Source: Hormiphora californensis
Lineage: Eukaryota; Animalia; Ctenophora
Assembly: GCA_020137815.1 (NCBI GenBank)
Contig: CM035359.1
Coordinates: forward strand, 1,488,001-1,552,000
Length of the DNA stretch: 64,000 bases
Direction of reading: 5' to 3'
The position numbers were made by a program, and so were the translations under genes. Shown here piece after piece: positions 1-40,162 of the stretch. Numbering within the stretch: position 1 is the first letter of the stretch; the number at the start of each line of letters is the position of its first letter. The notes beneath the pieces were generated by a model. The model did no database searches and had not been told where the DNA came from. It was given only the letters and a program-made list of their open reading frames with translations.

Positions 1-890
1 AATTAATTAATTTTGACTATTCCCACTTTCTGTAGATTATATTATATGTTTTATGCATGAAGAACATTCCTAGAAAGTTTCAAGTCGATATTTTAAGCAT
101 AACGGAAAATATAATTTAGTGCATGGGCAAACAAAATGGTGCAAGGGCACATGTTCAGGGGAAATTTGCACAAATTGTGCAAGGGCAAATTTTGATTAAT
201 TTGCCTATAATTAATTACCTAATTGATATATTAATCATACGGCTCTTCTAGTACTCGTAGTTATGCTACTAGAACATGCATAGAAAGTTTCGTGTCAAAA
301 TATTAAACGGTGTGGACACAGTTCGATCATAAAATTGGTGCAAGGGCTGCCCTTGCACCATTTGCCCTTGCACATTGCCTGCCCTTGCACCAAATTCCAT
401 TTTTTGCACGGCTCTAACTAACTAATTAATTAATTTTGACTATTCCCACTTTTCGAACATCATCTTTTATGATTGAAGAACATTCCTACAAAGTTTCAAG
501 TCGATATTTTAAGCAGAACGGAAAATAGAATTTGGTGCAAGGGCGCGGTGCAAGGGACAGAACACGCAATGTGCAAGGGCACGGTGCCCTTGCACCATTT
601 TTAATTACCTATAATTAATTAATTAATTAAAAATTCAAAAATCCGCCAACGTCATGACACAAAGGAATACTACAAGAACATGCCTACAAAATTTCAAGTC
701 GATATCTCAAACGGTGTGGCCACAATCGTTGACATGTTTTTTGCCCCCCCCCCCAAAAAAAAGACCTTTCTTTGTTCTTAATAGGGCCGGCATTTTTGGG
801 TTTTTGTGCAAGGGCAAAAAATTTTTTTTTCTTTTTTTCGTTTTTTGCTGTTTTCTTCGGGTCGGAGGTGCCTGCCGGCACCTAAATTGG
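1..890. repeat. Unclassified non-autonomous repeat in SARDH intron 2
   Basis: Many TGCAAGGGC/GCCCTTGCA motifs in both orientations; 1-130 recurs at ~425-545; ends in the hairpin GGTGCC-tgcc-GGCACC near 867-882. Confidence 0.6.
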
Positions 891-901
891 TCCTATAATA
901 C

Positions 902-1561
902 CTGGGCTGTAAAGTGTGCCATAGATATCATCGACATTCATCAATGGGTAAAGTTTCTTAGTTTCCTCAGGACCCAAAACGTGGGTATCAATATTAAAAT
1001 ACTTTCCCAACTGGAGAGGGAGAGAGAAAGATGTTACTAAAACCAACCACTTAAAACACAATATAGCTGTTCAGGGGAAGTGACGTTTGACGAACAACCG
1101 TTCTTAGTACTTACAGTTTGTAACCTCTTGTATTCATCGAGCCGCTCTTTATTATTTGCAATGAACAGTCCCCCGTTGTTATTAAATCCACAATCCAACC
1201 CTGTCAACTTTTCAATCTCTCCCCCCTCCTTGACTAGATCGAGGGTGTGTCCGATCACTAAAGTGTCAATATCACTTGGCCTCAAACTCCAAACTAAACC
1301 AGCGCTGTGCCACGTTGTGCCTGCAGTTAGCTGATCCTTCTCCAACAGTACAGCGTTAACACCTAACTTTCCAAGATGGTACAGTGTGGAATTTCCTATG
1401 GACCCACCCCCAATAACAACCACGTCCGCTTCAGTTGGAAACTGGGAGGCGTTTTCGTGAGCTGGGGAGTTGCTGTGAGGGACGCCCTCTGTTGACGAGG
1501 AGAGACATCGGGGTGAGAAGGCCCGCCGGAGACGGAGCCTGGTTCTAAGAGCACGTAGCAT
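902..1561 (-). CDS. SARDH: Mitochondrial sarcosine dehydrogenase, exon 1 (1561-1115) and exon 2 (1010-902); gene continues beyond window start
   Basis: Arg-rich transit peptide, FAD motif [22 protein letters not shown] and [14 protein letters not shown] donor at 1114. Acceptor ctccag is followed by [36 protein letters not shown] and a GT donor at 901. Confidence 0.9.
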
Positions 1562-1952
1562 GACTAAATAATTGCAGATATGACTGTCAGGTTATGTGAG
1601 AAGTCTTTGTGAATAAAAAAGTCCAACGCGACATTTTTTGGTCTCGTCGTAATGAATAGAAATGAGCGCGCGCTTCGCCAATGCATCGCAATGTTATTTT
1701 AATTCGCGGTGGCGATCCAATGCAGCGCCTTAACAGCCAGCCAAAATACTTCTTCGAAAAGTTATTTCATCTCACCTTCCTTTTTTTCCTCAAACTTTAA
1801 AAACAAAACTCAAAACTCAAACTCCTCCCTCGGACGTAGCAGACAGCAGTACACGCTAGAAAATAGAACGATACATACAGTTAACTGAGTCAAATAATTT
1901 TAAGACGACTTACTAAATTTTTCATGATTCATCTCCGATTATGTAACTATTC

Positions 1953-3209
1953 TTGTTGGCGGAAGCACCTCCCCGCGCCAAAGCGGTCCTTGAGTTCTAC
2001 AACAAATTGGAATGCAAGGTGGACGCCCTGTTGAGCGAAAGTATCATCAAGATCAAGTCTAAGTTTGGTGCACCGTACATTGAAGAACTTGCGACCTACC
2101 TATCTCTGGACATTCGGCAAACAGAAAATGAGAAGGGCTACAGAAACATCCCCCTCTTAATCCACCGCTGTCTTCTGAAAGCCAGATCATATACCCCGAG
2201 TAAGTGTGGGGTCTGCTCGGAATATTACTGTGTCGAAAAGGACACTGTACCCGTTTTCACATGTTGGATGTGTTTTCAGGGAAGCCACGACTGTGAAGGA
2301 GTGGCCAAAATCTTCTCCACCCTGTACACCATCACTCAGCCACTGACGGGATTTAACTGGACCTGCCACTCCTGTACCGAGAAGGGTAGTCTCGATCTAA
2401 TGTCGAGGATACCTGTTATCCCGGGGAAAGATGATCCCGTGGTAGTGCCAGTTGAAATTATCACCCCAGACGTTACTGAAGAAGCTGTATCTGGCGAGGG
2501 CTCAACCAGGGAATCATCTAAGGTCCCTTGTGCATTCCTGGCAGAAGGCTACTGCAGACACGGGATATCCGGTAAAAAGGAAGTGAATGGGGAAACCTGC
2601 CGTTTTCTCCACCGTAAAGTTTGCAGGAAATTTAGACTGTACGGATCTCATTCCCGCCATGGCTGTAAGTCGGGTTCAAAGTGCTCTAAACTCCACCCAA
2701 AACTATGTGAGGGCTCACAGCGGAGAATGAAGGAACGACAGTGCTTAAACCCTGATTGCCCGCATCTCCACCTAAAGGGTACACGAAGGAAAGAGGAAAA
2801 CCCTGAGAGGAAAGAACGTCAGGAAGTTGTTAGGACAACACGGCAACCTAACACTCACACCACTGACCAGAGAGAGAGAGTGCAGGATGAACAACTCCCT
2901 CTTAGCGGCTCACCATTGCGACCAGTTTCGCAGCAAAACCCTGGACATCTACAATCGGGTTTTCTGAGCATTGTCTTGAAGGAGGTCAGGAATGCAAGAG
3001 AAGAGTCACTGAGGCAAGCGGACAGAATGGAAGAAATTCTCTCCCAGCTTGGCCCCACCCACAGCGAATCAATGCTGCACAACCAGCTGGCCCACCACTT
3101 ACAAGCACACCCGCCGGTGCAGTACACCCTACCTACAGGTACCCTCACTCAAGGAGTACATCGTCAACTCCCGACCCAAATACTGCCCTCTCAAAGATTA
3201 TCCTACTAA
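1953..3209 (+). CDS. CR1 ORF1 protein (PHD-like finger plus several CCCH-type Zn fingers); start codon uncertain
   Basis: CGVC..C...CWMC....HDC...WTCHSC, followed by CAFLAEGYCRHG..CRFLH, CRKF..GC..CSKLHPKLC and CLNPDCPHLH. Confidence 0.8.
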   Translation: MLAEAPPRAKAVLEFYNKLECKVDALLSESIIKIKSKFGAPYIEELATYLSLDIRQTENEKGYRNIPLLIHRCLLKARSYTPSKCGVCSEYYCVEKDTVPVFTCWMCFQGSHDCEGVAKIFSTLYTITQPLTGFNWTCHSCTEKGSLDLMSRIPVIPGKDDPVVVPVEIITPDVTEEAVSGEGSTRESSKVPCAFLAEGYCRHGISGKKEVNGETCRFLHRKVCRKFRLYGSHSRHGCKSGSKCSKLHPKLCEGSQRRMKERQCLNPDCPHLHLKGTRRKEENPERKERQEVVRTTRQPNTHTTDQRERVQDEQLPLSGSPLRPVSQQNPGHLQSGFLSIVLKEVRNAREESLRQADRMEEILSQLGPTHSESMLHNQLAHHLQAHPPVQYTLPTGTLTQGVHRQLPTQILPSQRLSY

Positions 3210-6188
3210 ATGGGAGAAGTATTTCACCGGCTGCAGGGGGGAACACTCGGTGGAAACTCCCTTTCATCGAGGCTGTTTTGTTAAACAACCCAAACTCCCC
3301 GCCGACAGTTGCCCTTGCAATAACGGAGTCATGGTTGAAAAACTACATTGCAGATGCCCAAATCAAAATGCAAGGATACAGCACCTTCCGTTCTGACCGT
3401 CCTGACCGGAAAGGAGGAGGTTGTGTTTTGTACATTCGTGAGGACATCCCAATCAGCTACGCATACTCATTCAGTGACCGGGAATGCTGTCTGGTATTGG
3501 CTTTTAGTAAAGCTAAAAACATGTTGTTTTCATGTGTCTACCGTCCCCCCGATTCATCTGACCAGTCCTTCATCACAGTTATGAATGATCTCCAAGATAA
3601 AATCGATCTCCTGTCCAATGAAAGGAGCCCTGAAATGTTTATCATGGGCGATCTAAACTTGCCGTTGTTCAACTGGAAAGAAGAATCCCTGCCGTCAGCT
3701 GCTGCTAACATAGCGGCTTATCAACGCACTGTGAACTTCATTGAGGAAAATTTCCTAACTCAGGTCGTAGACAAACCAACCAGAGGAAGTAATACTCTGG
3801 ATGTTATAATGACCAACTCACCCCAATACGTATCAACTGTGACAACCGAAGAGACAAAGATTTCTGACCACAGGATAGTTAACTGTACTCTGGTGATAAA
3901 CCCCCTTATGGAAACAGCAGACACCATCAAAAAGTGGGACCACATGAGTTTCCGAGGGTTGGACATTCAGAAAGCCAACTTTGAAGATATGAATGTAGAC
4001 ATTGCTTCTGTTGATTGGGACGAACTGCAGGCATTATGTGAGGAATCTGGAGACCCTGTTGGTGACAAATTCAAAGAACTTTTCATTCTAACTGTTTTGC
4101 AAATCACCATCAAACACACACCTCAGAAGGTTCAGCGGAGGAAATTCAGCCCCCTGGAACCACTGAAAAGGAGAAGGCGGAAACTAAAAACAAGACTGGA
4201 AGCAATCTCTTCTGTCAATGTTAACATCTCCAAAATCGAAGCACTCGAAAACGAGCTCACAATACTTGAGGAGAAGATAAAACACTCTGTGGATGAATCA
4301 ATCGAGAAGAAGGAACACAGCGCTGTTGATACGATCAAGGTCAACCCACGATATTTCTTTTCCTACGCAAAACGACTATCAAAAGTTAAATCGAACATTG
4401 CCCCTCTCAAACGTGATGATGGAACACTCACCACAGACAACACTGAAAAAGCGGAACTCCTGCAAAAACAGTACTGCCGTGCTTTCAGTGATCCAGACGG
4501 TGGAGACTTGCTGAAAAGTCTTTCTTGGGTTGAGGATAGCAGTGCGATTTTGGAGGATTTCACATTTACGTCTGATGACATTAAAGGAGCCCTCTCAGAA
4601 CTTGATCCTGCTTCTGCCGGACCAGATGGTGACATCCCTGCTAAAATTCTCAGTGCTTGTAAAGCCACTCTTGCTGTACCACTCTTTCTTCTTTGGGAGC
4701 GGTCCTTCGAAGAAGGAATAACACCCCCAAACCTGAAAAAGCAGTACATCACACCAATCTTCAAGCGTGGTGACAAAACTCTTGCTGTTAACTACCGCCC
4801 TGTTTCACTGACTTCTAACTTGCTAAAAACATTTGAACGAGTTGTACGAAACAAGTTGGTGGATCACCTTGAAAGTAACAATCTTCTACCAGATAGCCAA
4901 CACGGGTTTAGGAAGCAACGAAGCTGTCTCACACAGTTACTTGATCACATGGACGGAATCTTTCGAGAGCTAAACAGCGGGAACGAAGTCGATGTAATCT
5001 ATTTGGACTATTCCAAAGCCTTTGACCGTGTCAACCATGCTATTCTTCTTGCCAAGCTGGAAAAGCTAGGCATCAAAGGGAAAGTACTAAATTGGATAAA
5101 AGACTTCCTTTCTGGTCGGTACCAAACAGTTACTGTTGACGGTGAAAAATCGAACTTCGAGCTGGTCAAAAGTGGAGTCCCTCAAGGGACCGTACTCGGA
5201 CCAATCCTCTTTATCATCTACGTAGCTGATCTCCAAAGCCAAGTAATCCACAGCAAAATCAGAACCTTTGCGGATGATACCAAGCTCCAAAAGAGTGTCG
5301 ACTCGGAAGAATCAGGAGCAGAAATGCAAGAGGATCTCCAGCGTGTGGTGGAGTGGTCTGCAGCCAACTGTATGACACTTCATGAGGACAAGTTTGAGGT
5401 TATTCACTATACTCTGAACAGAACATCCCTTCTCAGAGAACTGCCTTTCACCCATGACATTAGCTCATATGTGACTCCAGGTGGAAATGAAATACAGCCA
5501 ACGGATACAGTGAAAGACCTTGGCATCACTCTATCAAACAATGGCTCTTGGACAGACCATGTCATCAGAAGCACGAAGGATGGCCGCCTGGGCACTGAGA
5601 GCTTTTAAAGATAGGTCAGTAACCACTATGCTGACACTCTACAAGTCACTAATAAGGTGTAAAGTAGAATACTGCTCACCTTTATGGTCGCCCTACAAGA
5701 TTGGTGACATCCAGGCGCTGGAGAGTATCCAGAGACAGTTTACCCGAAGGATCGAAGACATGGCACAACTTGACTATTGGGAACGGCTGAAAAAGCTTAG
5801 ACTGATGTCATTACAACGACGGAGGGAGCGATACTCGATAATACAAATGTGGAAAATTCATAACGGTGCAGCCCCTAACAGCACGAATACCCGGTTTTAC
5901 CATCATCAACGGCTCGGCATCCGAGCCGAAGTACCTACTCTTTACAGTGGAGCACAGAAGTCATTCTCAACAAAATACTTCCACTCTTTTACTGTAAGGG
6001 CCGCTCGGCTATGGAACACATTGCCGAAAGAGGTTAATACAGCAGTGACCTTAGATACGTTCAAGATCCTGCTGGGCCGTTGGCTGGACCACTTCCCTGA
6101 CAATCCACCTGTGAAGGGTTATTCTACCCGGAACAACAATTCTATCATGGACTGGGTTTTGGAGGTTCGAGCTAAAGGGGGATGCTGA
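2891..6188 (+). CDS. CR1 ORF2 (apurinic endonuclease + reverse transcriptase), with one frameshift near 5570
   Basis: KIILLNGRSI, ITESWL, YRPP, MGDLNLP, SDH, YRPVSLTS, QHGFR, YLDYSKAFD, SGVPQGTVLGP, FADDTK. The C-terminus (LYKSLIR..EYCSPLWSP) continues in the 5520-6188 frame. The frame is open from 2891 with no ATG before ~3368. Confidence 0.9.
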
Positions 6189-6826
6189 AAAGACTGACAC
6201 CGGTTACGATTCTGTAATAAAGTTTATTTATCAAGTTATCAAGTTTATTTGTTACTCGGGCCTCGGGGAAGCCGGAAGACCTGGCGTCTTCCGGCTTCTG
6301 CCCCGAGGCCCGAGCAGGGCCTTCGGTCCATCAAAGCCTATGGTGTCAGAGCACAGAGGCCTTGAGCCATTTTGCTGTCGAATATTGCAAATAGAGTTTG
6401 AATTTCGATGATTAAAATGAAAATTTATGACCCGACACCCGTTGGCCGATCGTCTTAGGACCACCTAGACGGTCTCGGACGTGGTCAGTATGACCATCCA
6501 ATGATGCCATGACATCCACTTTTCAGTGACACTGATGTCACCTTAAACGCTGAGATCTATAATGACTACTTTTTCGTTATACAGTCGGACCCCGATTTAC
6601 TGGGCTCCGATTTGCCGGAACCCCGATTTACCTAGGCGTGTAAGATATATATTTGTTAACTAATGTTTATGTTATGGTAGGCTCGGTATGAAGGTCTAGG
6701 GAGATCCCAGTGAGAGTGCTATCTAGATACCACGCACTCCCTACTGCTCAACACCACATAATGACAACTGGCCGCTACTAATATCAGAGGAGAGAGACCG
6801 CATCACCATTGTAAGTATATCTACCT

Positions 6827-6935
6827 CAGGAACCGACCGAAACAAGTAAACAACCAATCAGAACTCGCTATTTGGGTCACGTGATTGGGTATCAGCCAAT
6901 TAGGGACCAGTATTTCCTGATTCGGTCGGTTCCTG
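6827..6935 (+). mobile_element. 109-bp MITE (TIR CAGGAACCGACCGAA)
   Basis: Terminal inverted repeats; about 11 copies of the family in this window. Confidence 0.9.
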
Positions 6936-9220
6936 ATCATATCTACCTCAACTTCATTGTGATACAAGGGTGGTTATATCTTCGTGGGGTGCTACTCTGC
7001 TACCCAGCTTGTAAACACAGAGTCACCCCACTAAAAAGGAATGAAATAATTTATCCGAAGTGCTACGATAAATGCTTGATGATTCCCCGAAATTTTGTTG
7101 TGGCCAAGCTCTTCGAAAGAAAACTCTTTTTTTTGGAATAGGAAATTTAAAACCGTTTGGTGTGTGAAAGAACAATCATCTCTTTACCGTGCGAGAGAGA
7201 GAGAGGATTGGTGAATGTAGTCTAAGTACGGACTCTCTTTCCAGTCTCTCTCTTCTCTTCTCTTGAACCCCCTTTTCTCTCTTGTCCCGTGACCCCTGCT
7301 AGACACTTCGCTAGCTTGGTTGATATTAATTGAGTTGGAAAAGGGATATAAATATGGGGGGGGGGGAGAGAACAGTCGCGACTGTGTGACTGTCTGTATG
7401 TGTGTATGTGTGTAAATATACAACTTCTATAACATAAATTGGGATATTAATATGAATATAAAATTATATATAACTTCAACCTAAACAGAAACAGAGACAG
7501 GATCTGAGAGTGCTCGAGTCGAGCTCAGACCTCTTTTTTCGCTCAAGATGCTACTCGAGTGGAGAGTTTCTTCCTCCGATTTAACTCAGTTATATGTGTG
7601 TCAAAGAGGAAACTATAAACGGCAGTTCTAAATATGTTTTTTGTAAATAACTGGGATTCAAGCTCCTCCAACGCCGCGTACTCTCGTCCAAGTTTTAAGT
7701 TGGCAACTCCGGTTACTGCGCCCATCAGAGAAATTGATGGTAGGATAACTAGGACAATTTTAGGGTTTAATATTGCACACAATAATAATGTGTGCAAACA
7801 TGTAGAGAAAAAGTATTGTATTAGAGAGAGAGTTCATTTACATCACTTATTGCACTCTTGCGTGCAGTTTTAATAGTTTAAAAGATGTATGAAAGAGAGA
7901 GAGATTAATTTGTTTGGGAAAAGTAGGGATGGCTAGGTCGGTACACGCAAACTTACGTCCGCGTCCCAGAAGTAAGAGTGTTACTTTAACTAGACGAGAG
8001 AATCTCTCAGAGTAAGATTGTTACTTTAACTAGGCGAGAGAGAATCTCTCCAAGATGTTGTGTGGTTATCTATTTTTGTGTGTACCGACACAGTCTCTCA
8101 AACAAAGTGATATTAACTAAGTGTAGAAATGTGTATTCTATTCGCAACATTAGTTAGCTAAACATGAGTCTCCCTAGGATCTGATCCTTGCTATTATCCC
8201 ACCCCATGTAGCGTATTTTCTGTTCAAATCTCGAACAGGAAATTTGTTATGCGCTGGGAGATATTTTTGAGAGAATTCGTGGGAGAGAGAGAGAGTGGAA
8301 CGAGTGTGTGCGATGTCAGACCAGGTTGGAGAGTGGAGCAGCAAAATTCTGATAGTTATTGGAAAGAGAAGAGAGAAAATGAGAGAGAAAGAGAGAGGGA
8401 TTGTCTTGTAGGTTCGTAGTATGTATTATTGTGGCGTCAGTTCCTGTTCAGTCAAAAAAGAAAACTGTTTGTCGGATAGTAATTTTTTGAGAGCTTTCTG
8501 AATTTGTCCATTCGGCAACTGCAAGTCTGCAACCAGCAAAGGATAATTAGAGACGTTGTATTACAAGTTATCTATGTGTTTATATACTACATTCCCTCTT
8601 TCAACAATATTCCGTGTTTCCAATTTGACACAAAAAACATGGCCGGTTTTCCGAAAGACGTAATTTTACCCGATTAAATCGAGAAAATGAAACCGGCCAT
8701 GTTTTGAAAACGGCACGGGGTTTTCAGGTTTTTTAAAACAAATAGAAACTTTACATCTACAAAATGAAAAACCAGTTTAACGGGAGACCCCGATTTAACA
8801 GTGCGCTCAGGTGGGCTCTGTGGCGCCAGACAGCTGATGGGTGACATGCCCCCCCTTTGTGACTATACGACTAAACGACTAAACCCTGCAGTCTAGCGGC
8901 GCCAGACCCCAATTTGATTCTCACGACTCAGATGGGTCTGTGCAGCTCAGGCGCCAGACAGACTAAACCCAAAATAATAAGTAAAAGAAGTTATAGTATA
9001 AAATGAGCTGTGGCGAGAGTTAAACGAACTCTTATATTATAGACTACACAGGTCACTGACACCGCCCAACATATCAGTAATAATTGTTGTTAATTGCCAT
9101 TTTGCCTGGCTAGACTGTGTTTCGGGCGCCGCGACTGCATGACTGGAACGCCGAGGCCAGGTTCGGAAGGGGCAGTCGATCTTTTGTGAGACAAGCTTCT
9201 ATTACTAATACTAATTATTT

Positions 9221-19667
<10,447 letters not shown>

Positions 19668-20077
19668 CTGTGTTTGGCATAGGTCAGAGAAACAGCTATT
19701 TTGACAAAGGAACTTCAAGTTCAAACTGTCAGCTGTCGCAATGCTCTGACCACGGTTCTCTGAGATAATAGAGTCAATGCTCTGACAGAGTTGATCAAAC
19801 TTTCCGACTGGAAACTCTAAAAAATAAGGAGTGAAGTGGTCAATTATAATTATAACTTCCGGTTAGTAAAATACATTTTTCAAGGGGAGAGGTGGGAGAT
19901 CTCTCTCGAGAGCTGGGAGGGGTGTACTAGCATATTGGATGATTTATACACAAAGTACAAACGGAAAGTTGTACATGCATTTCCATAAACCAAGCAAGTG
20001 AAATAGATAAAGCACGACAATGTGAAAGAGAGACAAACTATCGATCTCGCTGCACATGTGTCCGCCAAGGATATAGT

Positions 20078-20302
<225 letters not shown>

Positions 20303-21135
20303 ACGTATGTATAATGTACGGCTCAAGATAGACTATTGAGTTGTGTTGAGGACAACGGGCACTCATATTATCAAGAATATTATTAAGAGTAATCCGTTCA
20401 TAAAGTCACCGCATAAGAAACAGATTCAATATAGACAACTGTATGGCGCCGCCTAGAGAATCAAATTTGGCCAAATTTAATTCTCTGGGCGGCGCCAGAC
20501 AAGTCTCTACTGACTGTGTCTTTTTGGGTCTGGCGCCGTCTGGTGTCCGTGATCAACTATATTCTCATCAACTCAATTCTCACTCGAAATGCGAATAGGC
20601 TTTGACAGATGCATAACGATGGGTCACATACCTTGGTTCTCACTGGTCAGTATTATTACTGGCACTACAGCGTAGACAGCTGACGTCCTATAGACATAGT
20701 GTTGGTGGTAGGATCAATCATCATAGATTAACTGAACTCGACCGGTGCAGTTCCACTGTCTCTAAACGGAAACCTCAACGTCAGCACGAGAAGAGCTTGT
20801 GAGTTTAAAAATAAAACATTTTGTTGTTATTTTCTCTCCCGAAAATACCCAAAAACTATTTTAGAGAATTTCCAGACATTTGAAAGAGTAGCACGTTCAT
20901 GAACTTGGTAAAGACTGTTCTTTCTAGACTCTATAGAGGTTCTGAGAGTGTTGTTTGGAAATTCTCGATGAAACCAAAATATAAACTCAAAGCTAACCAT
21001 GTATAACATTTTGAATTGCGAAAAATGACCCATAAAACATAGTAACATAAACACAGAATTAAAAATACACTTATTTCCAAAATTAAGCCTGTTTCAAAAC
21101 TTCTGTATATTCTGTTTATTATTTAGGTATTAATA

Positions 21136-22349
21136 TGTCTATCTTGATCCTGACAGAAAAATCAGAGCTCTAGCTCAAAATTCATTTTCATGAACGGAAT
21201 GAACTTCTCCGTTCCTTCGATATGAGACCCCCTCATCATTCAGAATTTTTTGCCCGTCTTTGGCTAACGATTATCTTTGTAATGAGACCAATTTGAGCAT
21301 AATCTGATTACCAGGAGAGACACAGTGGAGGGTTTTCCGACCGTCACTCCTGACATGTGATCCAGGCCCGGTCACGTGGTGAAAAGTGGGTATGGGGTGC
21401 TGTTAACATGTCTCAATAACGGATTATTGCTCTCATATCCCTTGAATATCCCTCCACAATGCTCTCAAGTCACTTTGTGATGCTGATTGATTGGGTTCAT
21501 GTCACCAGTTCTTGTCAAAGTTCTCAAGCGGCCCGTGATACGAGATCATTTCATCAAGGAGGGGCCATCTTGTGTCACTAATCAGCCTATCATCTCACAT
21601 TACACTAGCCAAGGGATCTGGGGTATTTAAATCTTCAAATGTTCATCAAAATCATTCCCAATCGTTACTTGCAATGCATTTTACACCCGAACAGAGGAAC
21701 TTCATCTGGCTCAAGAAGGAAACCAACACCCTCATCGAACAGGAGTTCTTTATCAAGTTTGGCCGCCTTCTTGAGCCAGATGAAGTTCCTCTGTTCGGGT
21801 GTAAAATGCATTGCAAGTAACGATTGGGAATGATTTTGATGAACATTTGAAGATTTAAATACCCCAGATCCCTTGGCTAGTGTAATGTGAGATGATAGGC
21901 TGATTAGTGACACAAGATGGCCCCTCCTTGATGAAATGATCTCGTATCACGGGCCGCTTGAGAACTTTGACAAGAACTGGTGACATGAACCCAATCAATC
22001 AGCATCACAAAGTGACTTGAGAGCATTGTGGAGGGATATTCAAGGGATATGAGAGCAATAATCCGTTATTGAGACATGTTAACAGCACCCCATACCCACT
22101 TTTCACCACGTGACCGGGCCTGGATCACATGTCAGGAGTGACGGTCGGAAAACCCTCCACTGTGTCTCTCCTGGTAATCAGATTATGCTCAAATTGGTCT
22201 CATTACAAAGATAATCGTTAGCCAAAGACGGGCAAAAAATTCTGAATGATGAGGGGGTCTCATATCGAAGGAACGGAGAAGTTCATTCCGTTCATGAAAA
22301 TGAATTTTGAGCTAGAGCTCTGATTTTTCTGTCAGGATCAAGATAGACA
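21136..22349. mobile_element. 1.2-kb palindromic mariner-derived element, TA flanks
   Basis: Near-perfect ~585-bp arms; the centre encodes MHFTPEQRNFIWLKKETNTLIEQEFFIKFG, resembling a mariner transposase N-terminal HTH. Confidence 0.8.
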
Positions 22350-22445
22350 TAGTGGAGCAACCCTGCCAAGTTACAGCTCTCCACCACATCGGCAACTATG
22401 GTGGTCTAGGGGGGGCCTTTTTTTGCCGCACACCAACAGCTTTAC

Positions 22446-22546
22446 CAGGAACCGACCGAATCAGAAAATACTGGTCCCTGATAACCAGTCACGTGACCTA
22501 AATAACGAGTCCTGATTGGTTTTTTACTTGTGTCGGTCGGTTCCTG
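22446..22546 (-). mobile_element. MITE copy (small deletion), TSD AGCTTTAC
   Basis: Family match plus 8-bp TSD. Confidence 0.9.
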
Positions 22547-22557
22547 AGCTTTACCAG

Positions 22558-39914
<17,357 letters not shown>

Positions 39915-40162
39915 GCTATAATTTAATGTAATGTTATCTATGTTAAATTATAAGTCAATTTATCGGACTTCTCCTTCGAGCTGGGTCAAGAGCAACAAAA
40001 GGAAAACACGGTGATTTATTGATCAGAACAGTTTCGATGTAACAACATCTCCATTAGCCACAGTTTTTTATAACAATGAATCAAAACACACATGTACACA
40101 CATTGATGAATCCAGTCGTAAAACATATGGAGGTATAAAAAATAAATAAATCGGAATTCAGT

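Larger units (their letters stand above)
1720..6251 (+). mobile_element. Near full-length CR1-clade LINE (5' boundary approximate)
   Basis: ORF1 plus endonuclease-RT ORF2, short 3' UTR, tail aagtttatttatcaagttatcaagtttattt. Confidence 0.9.

Noticed and set aside
5560-5608. Frameshift inside CR1 ORF2 as a programmed event
   Set aside because: No slippery site; best explained by an indel mutation or a sequencing error
7543-7797. 84-aa hydrophobic ORF
   Set aside because: No recognisable family and no splice support
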